The notes below the pieces were generated by a model that was not told where the DNA came from, ran no database searches, and worked only from the letters and a program-made list of their open reading frames with translations. From a virus (Duplodnaviria; Heunggongvirae; Uroviricota; Caudoviricetes): a stretch of DNA of 40,584 nt. The translations under genes and the position numbers were made by a program. Each line of letters begins with the position of its first letter. Position 1 is the first letter of the stretch. The stretch lies in the IMG/VR virus record IMGVR_UViG_3300009500_000011, positions 1-40,584 of that record. The stretch is one strand, 5' to 3'. This document shows positions 9,401-17,732 of the stretch, piece by piece.

Positions 9401-9997
9401 ATGGCAGAAGAGATATTTAGTGATTCGGCATTAATTAAATTTGCTTCATTGCATCAAAAAGCAGAATATTTAACCGAAGATGAAGTGCGTGAAGTTGGTA
9501 GAAAATTTTTAGAACAACACCCTGATTTTTGGAAAGAATTAGATAAAGGCAAAGCACCTCATAAAAATGATATTGAATTTAATGATAATTTAAATCATTG
9601 GGTTAATGAAAAAATGAAATATAAAGCAAAATCACATGAGAATGCACCTAAAGATTCGCCAGAATGCGGTGCAGTTTGTCAAATGCGTCATAATGGTATG
9701 ACTTACGAAGAAGCAATGGCCCATTGGAATAAAGAAAAAAAAGATGCTTGTTTAGAAACTTTCATTAATGTAACTTTACAAAAAACTGCAAGTTATTTAA
9801 ATAAATTTATTGCTTCTTCGAATAAACCATGTGCAACTTGTGGTATGCCAACAGATTCTTGCGTTTGTCTTGATGGAACGAATATGAGCCCTGGGTATAC
9901 TCAAGGTGGCACCCAACGTAAAAATAATCCAGTTAAAACTAAATCAAATAAACCTAAAGAACTTAACCCAAGTGCCGGTGGTTTAGGTAAGTTGTAA
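6500..9997 (+). CDS. Large multidomain protein with two ParB/Srx-like domains and Cys clusters; probable packaged head protein
   Basis: ParB-like 1: LKKDISSNGLNEPL...GEGNHRTKAL.EMG...APV. ParB-like 2: NPVTL...VDDGNHRIRAA..AG. Also C...C...CAKC, a GWIDPKG..H..H module and C-terminal CATC...CVC. Confidence 0.75.
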   Translation: MDELNQDIKVPHGKWHDNAYTKDNKVSLMPLDFLHSIPGNKIGKTDINELKKDISSNGLNEPLILSFDPEQNLVNLGEGNHRTKALSEMGYTHAPVRGLRTWVDNSPSPHQKNISHDFGPYKNQDGYIMGDISPAKVGLPGHHYEVSKENVGEKQASIMEPEKYQKAKDKEWVKEHPGRPTARHTKLVSLPVSYLIKLPGLRGEHKVLKLDMDKIQGMSKIVSDTKWQRENPVTLGIQHDGKIYVDDGNHRIRAAKVAGVKELLCKIIYYGGGEDKFDIDKILSKASLNDLMNTFVQLQSSGVPWGDLAQQMITPQTKPAIDSVVNKVKSTLPKVTPKNNPEKIEQNAAKKQVKCFGEGCSSPADGGLFCAKCRSIPKEERQVKGPRESKDLYMPEKHDQWWNEARRTNKPKVTKVFNKIITKLTVEGLLSNNDASILKKLFIVADDQGISGATDVDGEAVDGEYADMHDTGIDYGGEHDPNKDDSPMLGQASMIDPTKMFPQEPILPIKKPTIKVTKPSEITNDSPNNDDKGQNFDHYASALELYSLATSLKEIREMVNGNKPKPQEVPLGKPGPLTPYGWIDPKGNFFSVPGYAHHEDYENHLRDIGKDKEADNLPSSHVHVSPGDMRLPSNGITEHQVGKLMDYHDLLDSGKFDKHPHATINLGKGKTYQDTGPLQKLHVKETLDKAMGQLNNQENNYSVYAGLKDVILKIAKNLEDEGINVESVLNKIALVNPGGVNFNVSGTNPELPSGRRPETYQKLQKNPARTKYDKKHGPAISSNEINQRRIDDGMEPRGPMQNLPPAPPEKILKEYPRYQGPSEQRKKDNKFVSYDNSPLTNESLEKLYPSLFEGGGKHDDPNQGSMFNNFLDRVHQYFNNAPGKHDIQNKPALSDRLNNVKKWVGDKVKSFTNKPTPKPQSSTYGLSGKDIIQDNPIMAALNEFNIIVTAGQYLADDGYDVSDIITSMAEEIFSDSALIKFASLHQKAEYLTEDEVREVGRKFLEQHPDFWKELDKGKAPHKNDIEFNDNLNHWVNEKMKYKAKSHENAPKDSPECGAVCQMRHNGMTYEEAMAHWNKEKKDACLETFINVTLQKTASYLNKFIASSNKPCATCGMPTDSCVCLDGTNMSPGYTQGGTQRKNNPVKTKSNKPKELNPSAGGLGKL

Positions 9998-10082
9998 CAT
10001 TTTCAGTTTACTTAAATAGTCTAATTTTTGTAGATAAAGTATTTAAACTTTGTTTTTCGTAGTGTGAGGAGTATTAATTCTA

Positions 10083-11966
10083 ATGGATAAGAAATCTATC
10101 AAAGAACGTCTTGCAGCATTAACTGCTAAGGCTTCTGAAGACCCAAAAAATATTGATGGGATTGTTGACGCAGTATCCGAAGATGACGCTTTTATTCAAA
10201 AAGTCGTTGAAAAAATTATGGGCAAAATGGATGCAAAAGATGGAGCAGGTTCATATAGCGTTCCAGCAACTGCACCAAGCAAAAAAGAGGCTGCACTTTC
10301 TAAAGTTGTAGCTTTACTTGCAAAAGCTTTTGGAGAAGAAATGCCTCCGGCAATGAGTCCTATGGACCATGCTTTTGGTGAAACTCCAGCCGAAGAAACT
10401 GCCGAAGCAAAAATTCCAGAACTTGCTCCTATTGAAGACCTTGAACACACTTCAGAAAAACTTGGCGACCCAGCAGTAGATGCCCTTGTTAATGTTATCG
10501 AAATGCTTATCAAAAAAGATATGGGCAAAAATGATATGCCTTCTTTAAAGAAAGATGATGCCGCAGAAGAAAAAGCTGGTGCAGAAGAAAAATCTGCTGA
10601 AGCGCCTGCTGCTCCTTTTCCTCCTAAAAAAGCAGAACCGCCAAAAAGCGAAGAATCTGCTCCTGCTGAAAAAGAAGAAGATTCTGAAGAAGAAAGTGAA
10701 CCAAAAATGAATAAAGAAGAAGAAAAACCAGAGTCTGATGATGCTGCTGAAGAAAAAGAAGTTAAAGCACGTTTGAACTCTTTATTTTCACTTCCAAAAG
10801 CTGCTCGTTTAGAAAAAGCTTCAAATCTTCGTAAATTAGCTGAAATGATGGAAAATGACGACAAACCAGATTTCTTAAAAGGCGATGCCGAAGAAGACGA
10901 CAAAAAGGATGACGAAACAATGGATAAAGCTGCTATAAAATATGCCCTTCTTCATTTAATTGAAGCTCTTGATAATTCTGAAAAAAATGTCTTCCCTGCG
11001 GACCCAGAAGACCGTAAAGATGTTCAAGAAGAAAAAGAAGAAGATGACCGCAAAGCAAAAGTAGTTGCACATCTTGCAAAACTTCGTATGCAAAGAACAG
11101 CAACAGTTGATGGCAAATCAGAACCAACACCAAAAGAAATGCCAAAATCAACTGAAACAGTCGAAAGTCCGCTTAAAGGCGATGCTCCTATCGCTTATTC
11201 TCCGGCAACTGCTGACCGTCCTATTTCAACAATTGAAACAAAGAAACAAAAACTTCCTACAGATGCAACTCATGCTGATGAAGCAGAAGTTTACTTTGGT
11301 GATACACCAGAATCAAAACGTGAAGTTCAAACAGAAAAAGATTCTGCTAAAAACGTAACAAACAAACGTACTACAAAAGATATGGGAACATATTTACAAC
11401 CCGACCATCCAGTTCCACCAACAGAAAAAGAAACTGGTGATGGTTCTCATCAAAAAGCAAAAGATTGGGAAACTGCAAAAGCAGAATCTGATAAAACTCC
11501 AACAGGTGACCGTCTTGTTGGTCTTGCCAGCGCAATTGAACTTGCTCGTTTAGCTCAAGCAAAAGGTTTAGTTGCAACTGAACAACAATATGATGAACTT
11601 GTAGTCCGTTATGCTTCTCTTGACGAAACACGTTTCACTCTTCAAAAAGAAGCAATCGAAATGGTCCCAACACCAGAAAATCGTTCCATTAAAGCAAACG
11701 ATGCAACATTTGAAGATAATGGCGCAGTAGAGGATGTTTATGACGAATCTCCTGAAACTCCATCTGCTAAAAAAGTTGCTCGTAAACCTGGTAATGACCA
11801 AATGGGTCTTGAAACAACTGCTGGTCTTAAGAGTCCAATCACTTTGAGAAGTGTTGATTCTACACCACGTTTATCTAAGGATTCAAAATTTGCTGCTCTT
11901 GCAAATCTTGATTGGCAAACCATTGAAAGTAAACTTGAAAAAGATGCAAAACTTGGATTAAGATAA
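10083..11966 (+). CDS. Capsid scaffold / prohead core protein
   Basis: 627 aa, very E/K/D/A-rich, few aromatics, helical/disordered. GAGGAG RBS; lies between protease and capsid genes. Confidence 0.7.
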   Translation: MDKKSIKERLAALTAKASEDPKNIDGIVDAVSEDDAFIQKVVEKIMGKMDAKDGAGSYSVPATAPSKKEAALSKVVALLAKAFGEEMPPAMSPMDHAFGETPAEETAEAKIPELAPIEDLEHTSEKLGDPAVDALVNVIEMLIKKDMGKNDMPSLKKDDAAEEKAGAEEKSAEAPAAPFPPKKAEPPKSEESAPAEKEEDSEEESEPKMNKEEEKPESDDAAEEKEVKARLNSLFSLPKAARLEKASNLRKLAEMMENDDKPDFLKGDAEEDDKKDDETMDKAAIKYALLHLIEALDNSEKNVFPADPEDRKDVQEEKEEDDRKAKVVAHLAKLRMQRTATVDGKSEPTPKEMPKSTETVESPLKGDAPIAYSPATADRPISTIETKKQKLPTDATHADEAEVYFGDTPESKREVQTEKDSAKNVTNKRTTKDMGTYLQPDHPVPPTEKETGDGSHQKAKDWETAKAESDKTPTGDRLVGLASAIELARLAQAKGLVATEQQYDELVVRYASLDETRFTLQKEAIEMVPTPENRSIKANDATFEDNGAVEDVYDESPETPSAKKVARKPGNDQMGLETTAGLKSPITLRSVDSTPRLSKDSKFAALANLDWQTIESKLEKDAKLGLR

Positions 11967-11984
11967 TCTAGTTTTAGTTCTAAC

Positions 11985-12020
11985 AAAAGGCACCTTAATA
12001 AAAAAGGTGCCTTTTTTGTT
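11985..12020 (+). terminator. Intrinsic terminator after scaffold gene
   Basis: AAAAGGCACCTT-loop-AAGGTGCCTTTTTTGTT. Confidence 0.9.
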
Positions 12021-12124
12021 ACTAAATTTAAATACTTTTATATTACTTAATTTGTAAACATCCAAATTTGTACTGGCTGTGAAAAACCAGTTCAGCGCAA
12101 ATAGTAATATTAAGGAGTTCAAAA

Positions 12125-12721
12125 ATGCTTCATCCAATTTATGAAGGAACCCCAGTAGGCCAAATTCCAGTTCAACCTTTTAACTCATCTGCCCCAATTT
12201 ATTGGGAAGCTGGGGCAATTGGTATGCTTGATGCAAACGGCAACGGTGTGGTTTCTGACGGTGTAACAGGCGCATTCGGTATTCTTGCTGACCGTCGTTC
12301 TGCATACCCAGGTATCTCAATCGCTTCATTCTTATCAGGTGTTGATGCAACAGGTTACGGAAACGAAACCTTGTTCAACCAACCAGGTCATGGTAACTCA
12401 TTATTCGGTACTACAAATGGTATCAATAATATTATTCCACCAAACACCATTCCTACCACAACTAACTTACGCGACGAAACAGCAACAAACCCTAACATTG
12501 ATACTCGTTACGTAACAATTTATACCCGTGGTGGTATTTATGGTACTGACCAATACGATGCAACCCAAACATACACACCTGGTCAAACACTTTACGTCAT
12601 GCAAGACGGAACCGGCCGTGTAACAAACGTTGCTCCAAGTTCTGGACCTCTTGCTGTCGGTGTAGTTGTCCTTGCCAACGATGGTAATAACTTCCTTAAC
12701 TTCAAGTTAACAGTTCTATAA
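12125..12721 (+). CDS. Capsid decoration/cement protein
   Basis: 198 aa directly before the MCP. AG.IG, VTIY..GG.Y.TDQY.....Y.PG..LYV..DG.G.VT and AVG.V pattern resemble beta-tulip decoration proteins. AAGGAG RBS; codon bias typical of high expression. Confidence 0.7.
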   Translation: MLHPIYEGTPVGQIPVQPFNSSAPIYWEAGAIGMLDANGNGVVSDGVTGAFGILADRRSAYPGISIASFLSGVDATGYGNETLFNQPGHGNSLFGTTNGINNIIPPNTIPTTTNLRDETATNPNIDTRYVTIYTRGGIYGTDQYDATQTYTPGQTLYVMQDGTGRVTNVAPSSGPLAVGVVVLANDGNNFLNFKLTVL

Positions 12722-12732
12722 TAAAAATTTGG

Positions 12733-12759
12733 TTGAGGGGTGGTTTATCCACCTCTCAA
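12733..12759 (+). promoter_or_regulatory. Stem-loop between decoration and MCP genes
   Basis: TTGAGGGGTGG-TTTAT-CCACCTCTCAA, an 11-bp stem with one G-U pair and no U-tract on the + strand. Confidence 0.6.
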
Positions 12760-12833
12760 TTAAAAATAAAACCCTAAACACACAATACCCTAAAGTTAAC
12801 GTTTGATAAATTCAAACGTCGGAGGTAAATCCC

Positions 12834-13706
12834 GTGAATAAAATTATGACTCCTGACGAAAGAGAAGCAATTCTTGCCGAAGCAGTTCAATCTGAAGAAG
12901 GCCGTTACGCTCTTGCTGAAAGCATGGCAAATCCAATTCAAACCGCATTGCTTTATCAATCAATCGGTCGCAAAATGATTTTGGTTGACCCATTACCACA
13001 AGGCGCTCTTGCTCGTTATGAAAAAGATATCGACGTTCCAGCAACATTGATTGCAAAACGTGGTGAAGTACCAGTTAGCATCATCGAAGGTGAAGACTTC
13101 TTAGTTCCTACCTTCTTAATTGTTACTCGTCCAACAATGAGCTTATCACAAGTTAAACAACGTATGTTCAACTTGATTGACAGAGCCCAAGTTAAAGCTA
13201 AAAACGAACTTGCACAACGTGAAGATACTGAAGTCTTAAAAGCAGTTGACGCAGCAACCCCACAAGAAACAACTAATCCTGCATTCAACCACTTGATTCA
13301 AACAGCTTCTGGCCGTTTAACTCTTGACCTTATCAACGCAGCAGTTGCAAAAATCGAAAAACACCGTCTTACAACCTCTAAAATTGTTATGAATAGCCAA
13401 CGTTTTGCTGATATTCGTGCATGGGGTAAAGACTACTTCGATTTCGTTACACAACGTGAAGTCTTGTTAACAGGTGTATTTGGTCGTCTTTGGACCAACG
13501 ACATTCTTATCAGCAACTTAGTTCCTGATGATTCAGTTCTTATCACATCCCCAGCAGAATATGTTGGTGTTATGCCAGTAAGACAAGAAGTTACAGTTAT
13601 TCCTGCCGACCAACCAGACAAACTTCGTCTTGGATTCGTAATCTACGAAGAAATTGGTATCGCAATTGTTAACCCTAAAGGTATTAGCAAAATTTCTGTC
13701 AACTAA
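12834..13706 (+). CDS. Major capsid protein (HK97 fold)
   Basis: GTG start after GGAGGT. EGR.ALAESMANPI...L.YQSIGRK...VD.LPQGA.ARYEKD, EDTEV, IVMN...FADIR.W, G.FGRLW..DI.IS..VP, LGFVIYEEIGIAIVNP. Strong TTC/AAC/ATC/CGT codon bias; terminator follows. Confidence 0.9.
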   Translation: MNKIMTPDEREAILAEAVQSEEGRYALAESMANPIQTALLYQSIGRKMILVDPLPQGALARYEKDIDVPATLIAKRGEVPVSIIEGEDFLVPTFLIVTRPTMSLSQVKQRMFNLIDRAQVKAKNELAQREDTEVLKAVDAATPQETTNPAFNHLIQTASGRLTLDLINAAVAKIEKHRLTTSKIVMNSQRFADIRAWGKDYFDFVTQREVLLTGVFGRLWTNDILISNLVPDDSVLITSPAEYVGVMPVRQEVTVIPADQPDKLRLGFVIYEEIGIAIVNPKGISKISVN

Positions 13707-13728
13707 TATTAGTAGTTGTAAAGAAATT

Positions 13729-13760
13729 AAAAAAAGAGTCAGAAAACTGGCTCTTTTTTA
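13729..13760 (+). terminator. Intrinsic terminator after MCP
   Basis: AAAAAGAGTCAG-AAAA-CTGGCTCTTTTTT; the A-tract on the left makes it potentially bidirectional. Confidence 0.9.
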
Positions 13761-13870
13761 TTTGTGTTATATAATATTAAATGTAATTTTGTTATCTAAC
13801 ATGACATGATACAAAAATTATATTCTCGCGTATATATTTGTACCACAGAGTAGAAAGAGTTAAAAATTAG

Positions 13871-14413
13871 ATGAAATTTAAGAATGCTTTAAATGTAAAT
13901 ATGCACATTTATGGCCCAAGAGTAGTAGGACCATATCAAGAATTTGAGCTATCAGAAGTAGAATTAAGATATCCTGGAGTTCAAAAACTTATTAATATAA
14001 AACATATAGTTCCTAAAGACGGAGAAAAGCTAGTTCGTGTTTCTCAACTTGGTATTAAAGTAACTGAAGAAGAAGAAAAACAAACTAAAAAAGCAAAAAA
14101 AATAGAGCATAATTTAGAAGAATTTAAGCCTGTAGTTCAAAGTAAACCAGTTGAAAATATTGGCGACTATGCAATGCAACAATCTCTTGATACTGGCGTT
14201 CCTAATGAAGGAAAAGCCAAAGTAGAGATTTTTGACCCCAACAAACATAAAAATACTCTTGTTGGGAAACCCAAAATAGATGAAGAAACTGTAGCTACAT
14301 CTATATTTAAAAATAAAAATACAGAGAAGGAGGCTGTTACTCAATCTAAACCCAAATCACCTAAGAAATCTTCAACTAATCTAACTAAGTTAGATTTTGG
14401 TGATGATTCTTAA
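13871..14413 (+). CDS. Hypothetical basic protein (post-capsid)
   Basis: 180 aa; small folded-looking N-terminus and K-rich disordered tail. Confidence 0.6.
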   Translation: MKFKNALNVNMHIYGPRVVGPYQEFELSEVELRYPGVQKLINIKHIVPKDGEKLVRVSQLGIKVTEEEEKQTKKAKKIEHNLEEFKPVVQSKPVENIGDYAMQQSLDTGVPNEGKAKVEIFDPNKHKNTLVGKPKIDEETVATSIFKNKNTEKEAVTQSKPKSPKKSSTNLTKLDFGDDS

Positions 14414-14457
14414 TATAATTTCTAAAATTACTATATATTAAATATAAGAGGTTAAAA

Positions 14458-15039
14458 ATGAGTAAACCAGTTACACGTAAATCCACAACAGCAACAGTAA
14501 CAAAAACTGCTGTTGCAACAAAAAACAAACCAACACCAACTTTAGCAAGTGGTCAAACATTTGTTCATAACAAAAGTCGCGGAACATTTCATGTTCCTTT
14601 ATTAAATGAAAATCCTGATGCAAGAGAAAAAGCCATTGCATTTGAACTTGATGAAGTAAAGAAATTAGAAGCAAGATTCCTTAATGAACAACGTTTTATT
14701 GATTGTGTGGAAAGAGGCTTTTTGGAAGTCTTCACAGAAGAACAATATGCAGATTTCTTAAAACAACGCTCTCGCGATGATGCTAAGGCTTCTCGTAACA
14801 AACAAACAATGGGTGTTCATCCTGAATCAGGTCTTCCATTAAACAAAACTCTTGCGCTTCAATATATCAACTCAATTACTGATGTTGGTTTACTTGAAAA
14901 AGCACTTGAAGCAGAAGAAAATAATACTGTTGCAGGTCGCAGAAGTGTATTAGCAGCTATCGAAGACCGCATTGAAGAATTGAATTCTAGTGATGAAATT
15001 CATATCGGTGCAGACGACGATGATGGTGACGATTTTTAA
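14458..15039 (+). CDS. Hypothetical post-capsid protein with C-terminal helical motif
   Basis: GAGG RBS. C-terminal LLEKALEAEE.....RRSVLAAIEDRIEEL resembles a helical motif often seen in small proteins encoded after capsid genes; acidic end. Confidence 0.6.
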   Translation: MSKPVTRKSTTATVTKTAVATKNKPTPTLASGQTFVHNKSRGTFHVPLLNENPDAREKAIAFELDEVKKLEARFLNEQRFIDCVERGFLEVFTEEQYADFLKQRSRDDAKASRNKQTMGVHPESGLPLNKTLALQYINSITDVGLLEKALEAEENNTVAGRRSVLAAIEDRIEELNSSDEIHIGADDDDGDDF

Positions 15040-15059
15040 TAGAAATCGTTAAAAATACT

Positions 15060-15100
15060 AAAAGGCTAGATATTTAAAAGGTATCTAGCCTTTTACCTTT
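15060..15100 (+). terminator. Intrinsic terminator
   Basis: AAAAGGCTAGATAT-loop-GTATCTAGCCTTTTACCTTT. Confidence 0.85.
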
Positions 15101-15165
15101 TATAAATTGCTAAAAATTGCGTATAATTACAATGATGCCTTAAATTAAATAGAGGACAACCACTA

Positions 15166-15621
15166 ATGCAAGCACCTGTTTTCACTTTAACCGATACAGC
15201 CAATAACCCTATTTCAGTAATTAACTATGGTGTAGTTGATGCTGGAAACCAAACGGGCGGAATGGCAGTTTTGATTTGGAATAATCAATCTAATACGCCT
15301 AATGTCTCTAATGCTAATTTTACAACAGTAACTACTAAAACATTAAATGGATTTGATAATGGTGATTCGGTTGAAAATGGCGAAGAAGTTGTAACCTATA
15401 CAATGGTTCAAGTTCAATGTCAATCTACAGGGGAAATTACATATTCACCAATAGGCGGGGCACAAGACCATCCTATTGGAAGTGTTCCTGTTGCCAATAA
15501 TAATCCAACAAGTATTCCAAGTAATTCTTATGCACAATGTTTATTTAGAATTGTTGTTCCTCAAACTGCTACACCAGGTAGTATTAACTTCTTAACCCGC
15601 ATCAATTACCAATATTCATAA
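15166..15621 (+). CDS. Small beta-rich (Ig-like) virion protein, paralog A
   Basis: AP..T.TD...N.IS..NYG.V.AG, IWNN....VSNA, NG.EVV, V.CQSTG...YSPIGG, VP.TATPG..NFL.R.NY.YS. Aligns end to end with the next gene. Confidence 0.7.
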   Translation: MQAPVFTLTDTANNPISVINYGVVDAGNQTGGMAVLIWNNQSNTPNVSNANFTTVTTKTLNGFDNGDSVENGEEVVTYTMVQVQCQSTGEITYSPIGGAQDHPIGSVPVANNNPTSIPSNSYAQCLFRIVVPQTATPGSINFLTRINYQYS

Positions 15622-15638
15622 TGTCGAGGTAAATAATT

Positions 15639-16103
15639 ATGCCTAGCGCCCCAGTAATAACCTTTACGGATGCTCTTTCATCAAACATAAGTTCTTATAA
15701 CTTTGGTAATGCTGCTTCAGGTTCAAGTTCGACACCTGTTACTCTTTATGTTTGGAACAATAAAGGCGGTGGAACAGCAGTTTCGAATGCAACTTCTGTA
15801 ACTCTTTCAACAGTTACTTTAAATGGCCAAACTACAGGTGGTACAGATACTGTTGCTAATGGACAACAAGTTGTAAATGATTTAATTTTAGCTTTAAAAT
15901 GTACTTCTCAAGGTGATACTGCATTTACCGCTGTTGGAGGAACCACAAGCGCCCCAATTGGTTCTTCGGCAGGTGGAAGTGGTGTAATTTTGGGCTCTGT
16001 TGGTGGGGATGCTGCTGTTGTAGAGTTTGAATTACAAGTTCCATCTTCAGTTACACCTGGAGCAGCAGCATGGCTTGCTAGAGTTTCATATTTATATTCG
16101 TAA
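15639..16103 (+). CDS. Small beta-rich (Ig-like) virion protein, paralog B
   Basis: Collinear with 15166..15621 (VWNN, VSNA, TLNG, NGQQVV, CTSQG, VP..VTPG, RVSYLYS). GAGG RBS. Confidence 0.7.
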   Translation: MPSAPVITFTDALSSNISSYNFGNAASGSSSTPVTLYVWNNKGGGTAVSNATSVTLSTVTLNGQTTGGTDTVANGQQVVNDLILALKCTSQGDTAFTAVGGTTSAPIGSSAGGSGVILGSVGGDAAVVEFELQVPSSVTPGAAAWLARVSYLYS

Positions 16104-16128
16104 AATAAAAGATTTAGAAGAGAATTTA

Positions 16129-16665
16129 ATGAATATTCAAAGATATTATTGGGCTTGCATTTTAGAAGATGGAAGTCATATATATGAATATCAAGAAAAT
16201 GGTGAAACTGCGAATTATGATGCACTTACTCCTGAAGAAAGAGATAAAACATTTTATTTTGGGTTAACATCTAATGAAGATGGCTATTTTTTTGATTTAA
16301 AAACAGGCGAAATACATATTAAAACTAAAGATAAAGAAGTAAAATCACCAATTACCATTAGTTTAAGTGATAAAAGACCATCAAAAATTTCAGGACCATT
16401 AGAAAATGGCAAAAAATATGAGTTTTTCCAATATAAACAGGCTCATCAAGACGTAACAATGAGTGGTCATAGTCTTGGTAATGTAATTGATGCACATGTT
16501 ATTGGATATAATGTTGTTAAAAAAATGGGTGGTAAAGCCTATTTGTTAGAAATCAAACTAAGTATTGACCCAAAACTTTATCCTTCTAAACCTGTTCTTG
16601 AAGTTACATTAAAAACCCCAAAAGACGGGAAAAAAATAGGGGTTTATAGCGTGAATTTACAGTAA
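16129..16665 (+). CDS. Hypothetical protein in appendage cluster (possible chaperone)
   Basis: Likely start ATG 16129 (MNIQRYYW), which avoids overlap with the upstream gene. Charged and soluble-looking, unlike its T/S/N-rich neighbours. Confidence 0.6.
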   Translation: MNIQRYYWACILEDGSHIYEYQENGETANYDALTPEERDKTFYFGLTSNEDGYFFDLKTGEIHIKTKDKEVKSPITISLSDKRPSKISGPLENGKKYEFFQYKQAHQDVTMSGHSLGNVIDAHVIGYNVVKKMGGKAYLLEIKLSIDPKLYPSKPVLEVTLKTPKDGKKIGVYSVNLQ

Positions 16666-16680
16666 TCGGGAGGAAAAAAG

Positions 16681-17730
16681 GTGTCTACGCAAACAATTTC
16701 GTTGCCAATGTCGGCATCTTTTTATGCCTCAACGACTTTACCGCTTTCCGCAACGTTTTTTATAATTAAAAACTTTCCGATGGCAGCAGATTTTTATATT
16801 TCTACAAGTTTGCCAATGTCGGCCGTCTTTTATTCTACTTCTACGCTTACTTTAAGTGCCTTATTTACGAATCCAAATTATTTGTCAATGTCGGCAAACT
16901 TTTTGGTTTCAACGTATGACTCATTAGGTATGAGTGCGAATTTTGTTTACACTAATTCGTTACCTATGAGTGCAAATTTTTCTGTTAATAGTAGCACTAA
17001 TTTTAGAATGAGAGCATTTTTAGGCTCATTCTTTAAAAATTTAAATTTATCTGCAACTTTTTTAGGTTTGGGTAAAACAGATTTTGATTCTACGGTAACA
17101 ATTGTAAATGATACAGTTGCTAAAAATATTCCTCAAGCCGTAACTAAAGATTTTGCTTCTACAGTTGTTATTTCAGGGCCTGAATTATTCAATTTTCAAA
17201 TGTTTGCCTTTTTTGGTGGAGCATTTCCTAATGATTTTGCTTCTAGTGTTGTTATAAATAATACTTTATTTGGTATTCCTAGTATTCCTGTTACAATAAT
17301 GAATTTAAATCAATCAGATAGCCTTTCTGAGGAAAAAGATTTAGTTTATGGATTAACAGATTCTACAGGATATTTTCATATTGGGAATTTAACGCCCGGA
17401 ACTTACCAAGTAGAACCAATGTCATCAACTTTAACCTTTACTCCAGACATTGTAACTGTTACTATTACCAATTCAAACATAATAATTTATTTTCATTCAA
17501 ATGGGTCTTTCACTTTACAGACTGTTGCAGCAGAACCTTTGCCTACAACTACTGGAAGTGCTTGTTTTGTAATACCTAACGTTGATACACCAGGAACTTA
17601 CTCAATTGATGGATATATATTGCCTGCTGAATACGATAATTATACCTCCATGCTTGTAACTGCTTCAAGTATTCCAGATATTGTTGCTTTTATGCAAACA
17701 TTTCCTAGAAATATTGGTGAAGGTAACTAA
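16681..17730 (+). CDS. Repeat-containing fibre protein with C-terminal carboxypeptidase-regulatory-like beta-sandwich
   Basis: GTG after GGGAGG. About 10 (L/F)x(M/L)xAxF repeats, three DFxSxVxI repeats, then TDSTGYFHIGNLTPGTYQVEP. Confidence 0.65.
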   Translation: MSTQTISLPMSASFYASTTLPLSATFFIIKNFPMAADFYISTSLPMSAVFYSTSTLTLSALFTNPNYLSMSANFLVSTYDSLGMSANFVYTNSLPMSANFSVNSSTNFRMRAFLGSFFKNLNLSATFLGLGKTDFDSTVTIVNDTVAKNIPQAVTKDFASTVVISGPELFNFQMFAFFGGAFPNDFASSVVINNTLFGIPSIPVTIMNLNQSDSLSEEKDLVYGLTDSTGYFHIGNLTPGTYQVEPMSSTLTFTPDIVTVTITNSNIIIYFHSNGSFTLQTVAAEPLPTTTGSACFVIPNVDTPGTYSIDGYILPAEYDNYTSMLVTASSIPDIVAFMQTFPRNIGEGN

Positions 17731-17732
17731 AT

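Noticed and set aside
10196-10903. 235-aa minus-strand S/F-rich ORF, and the other antisense or out-of-frame ORFs nested in long genes
   Set aside because: Shadow frames of biased-codon genes (GAA/AAA read as TTC/TTT); no RBS or recognisable motifs.
12834-13706. Cellular encapsulin operon
   Set aside because: Context is portal, protease and tail genes, with no cargo enzyme.
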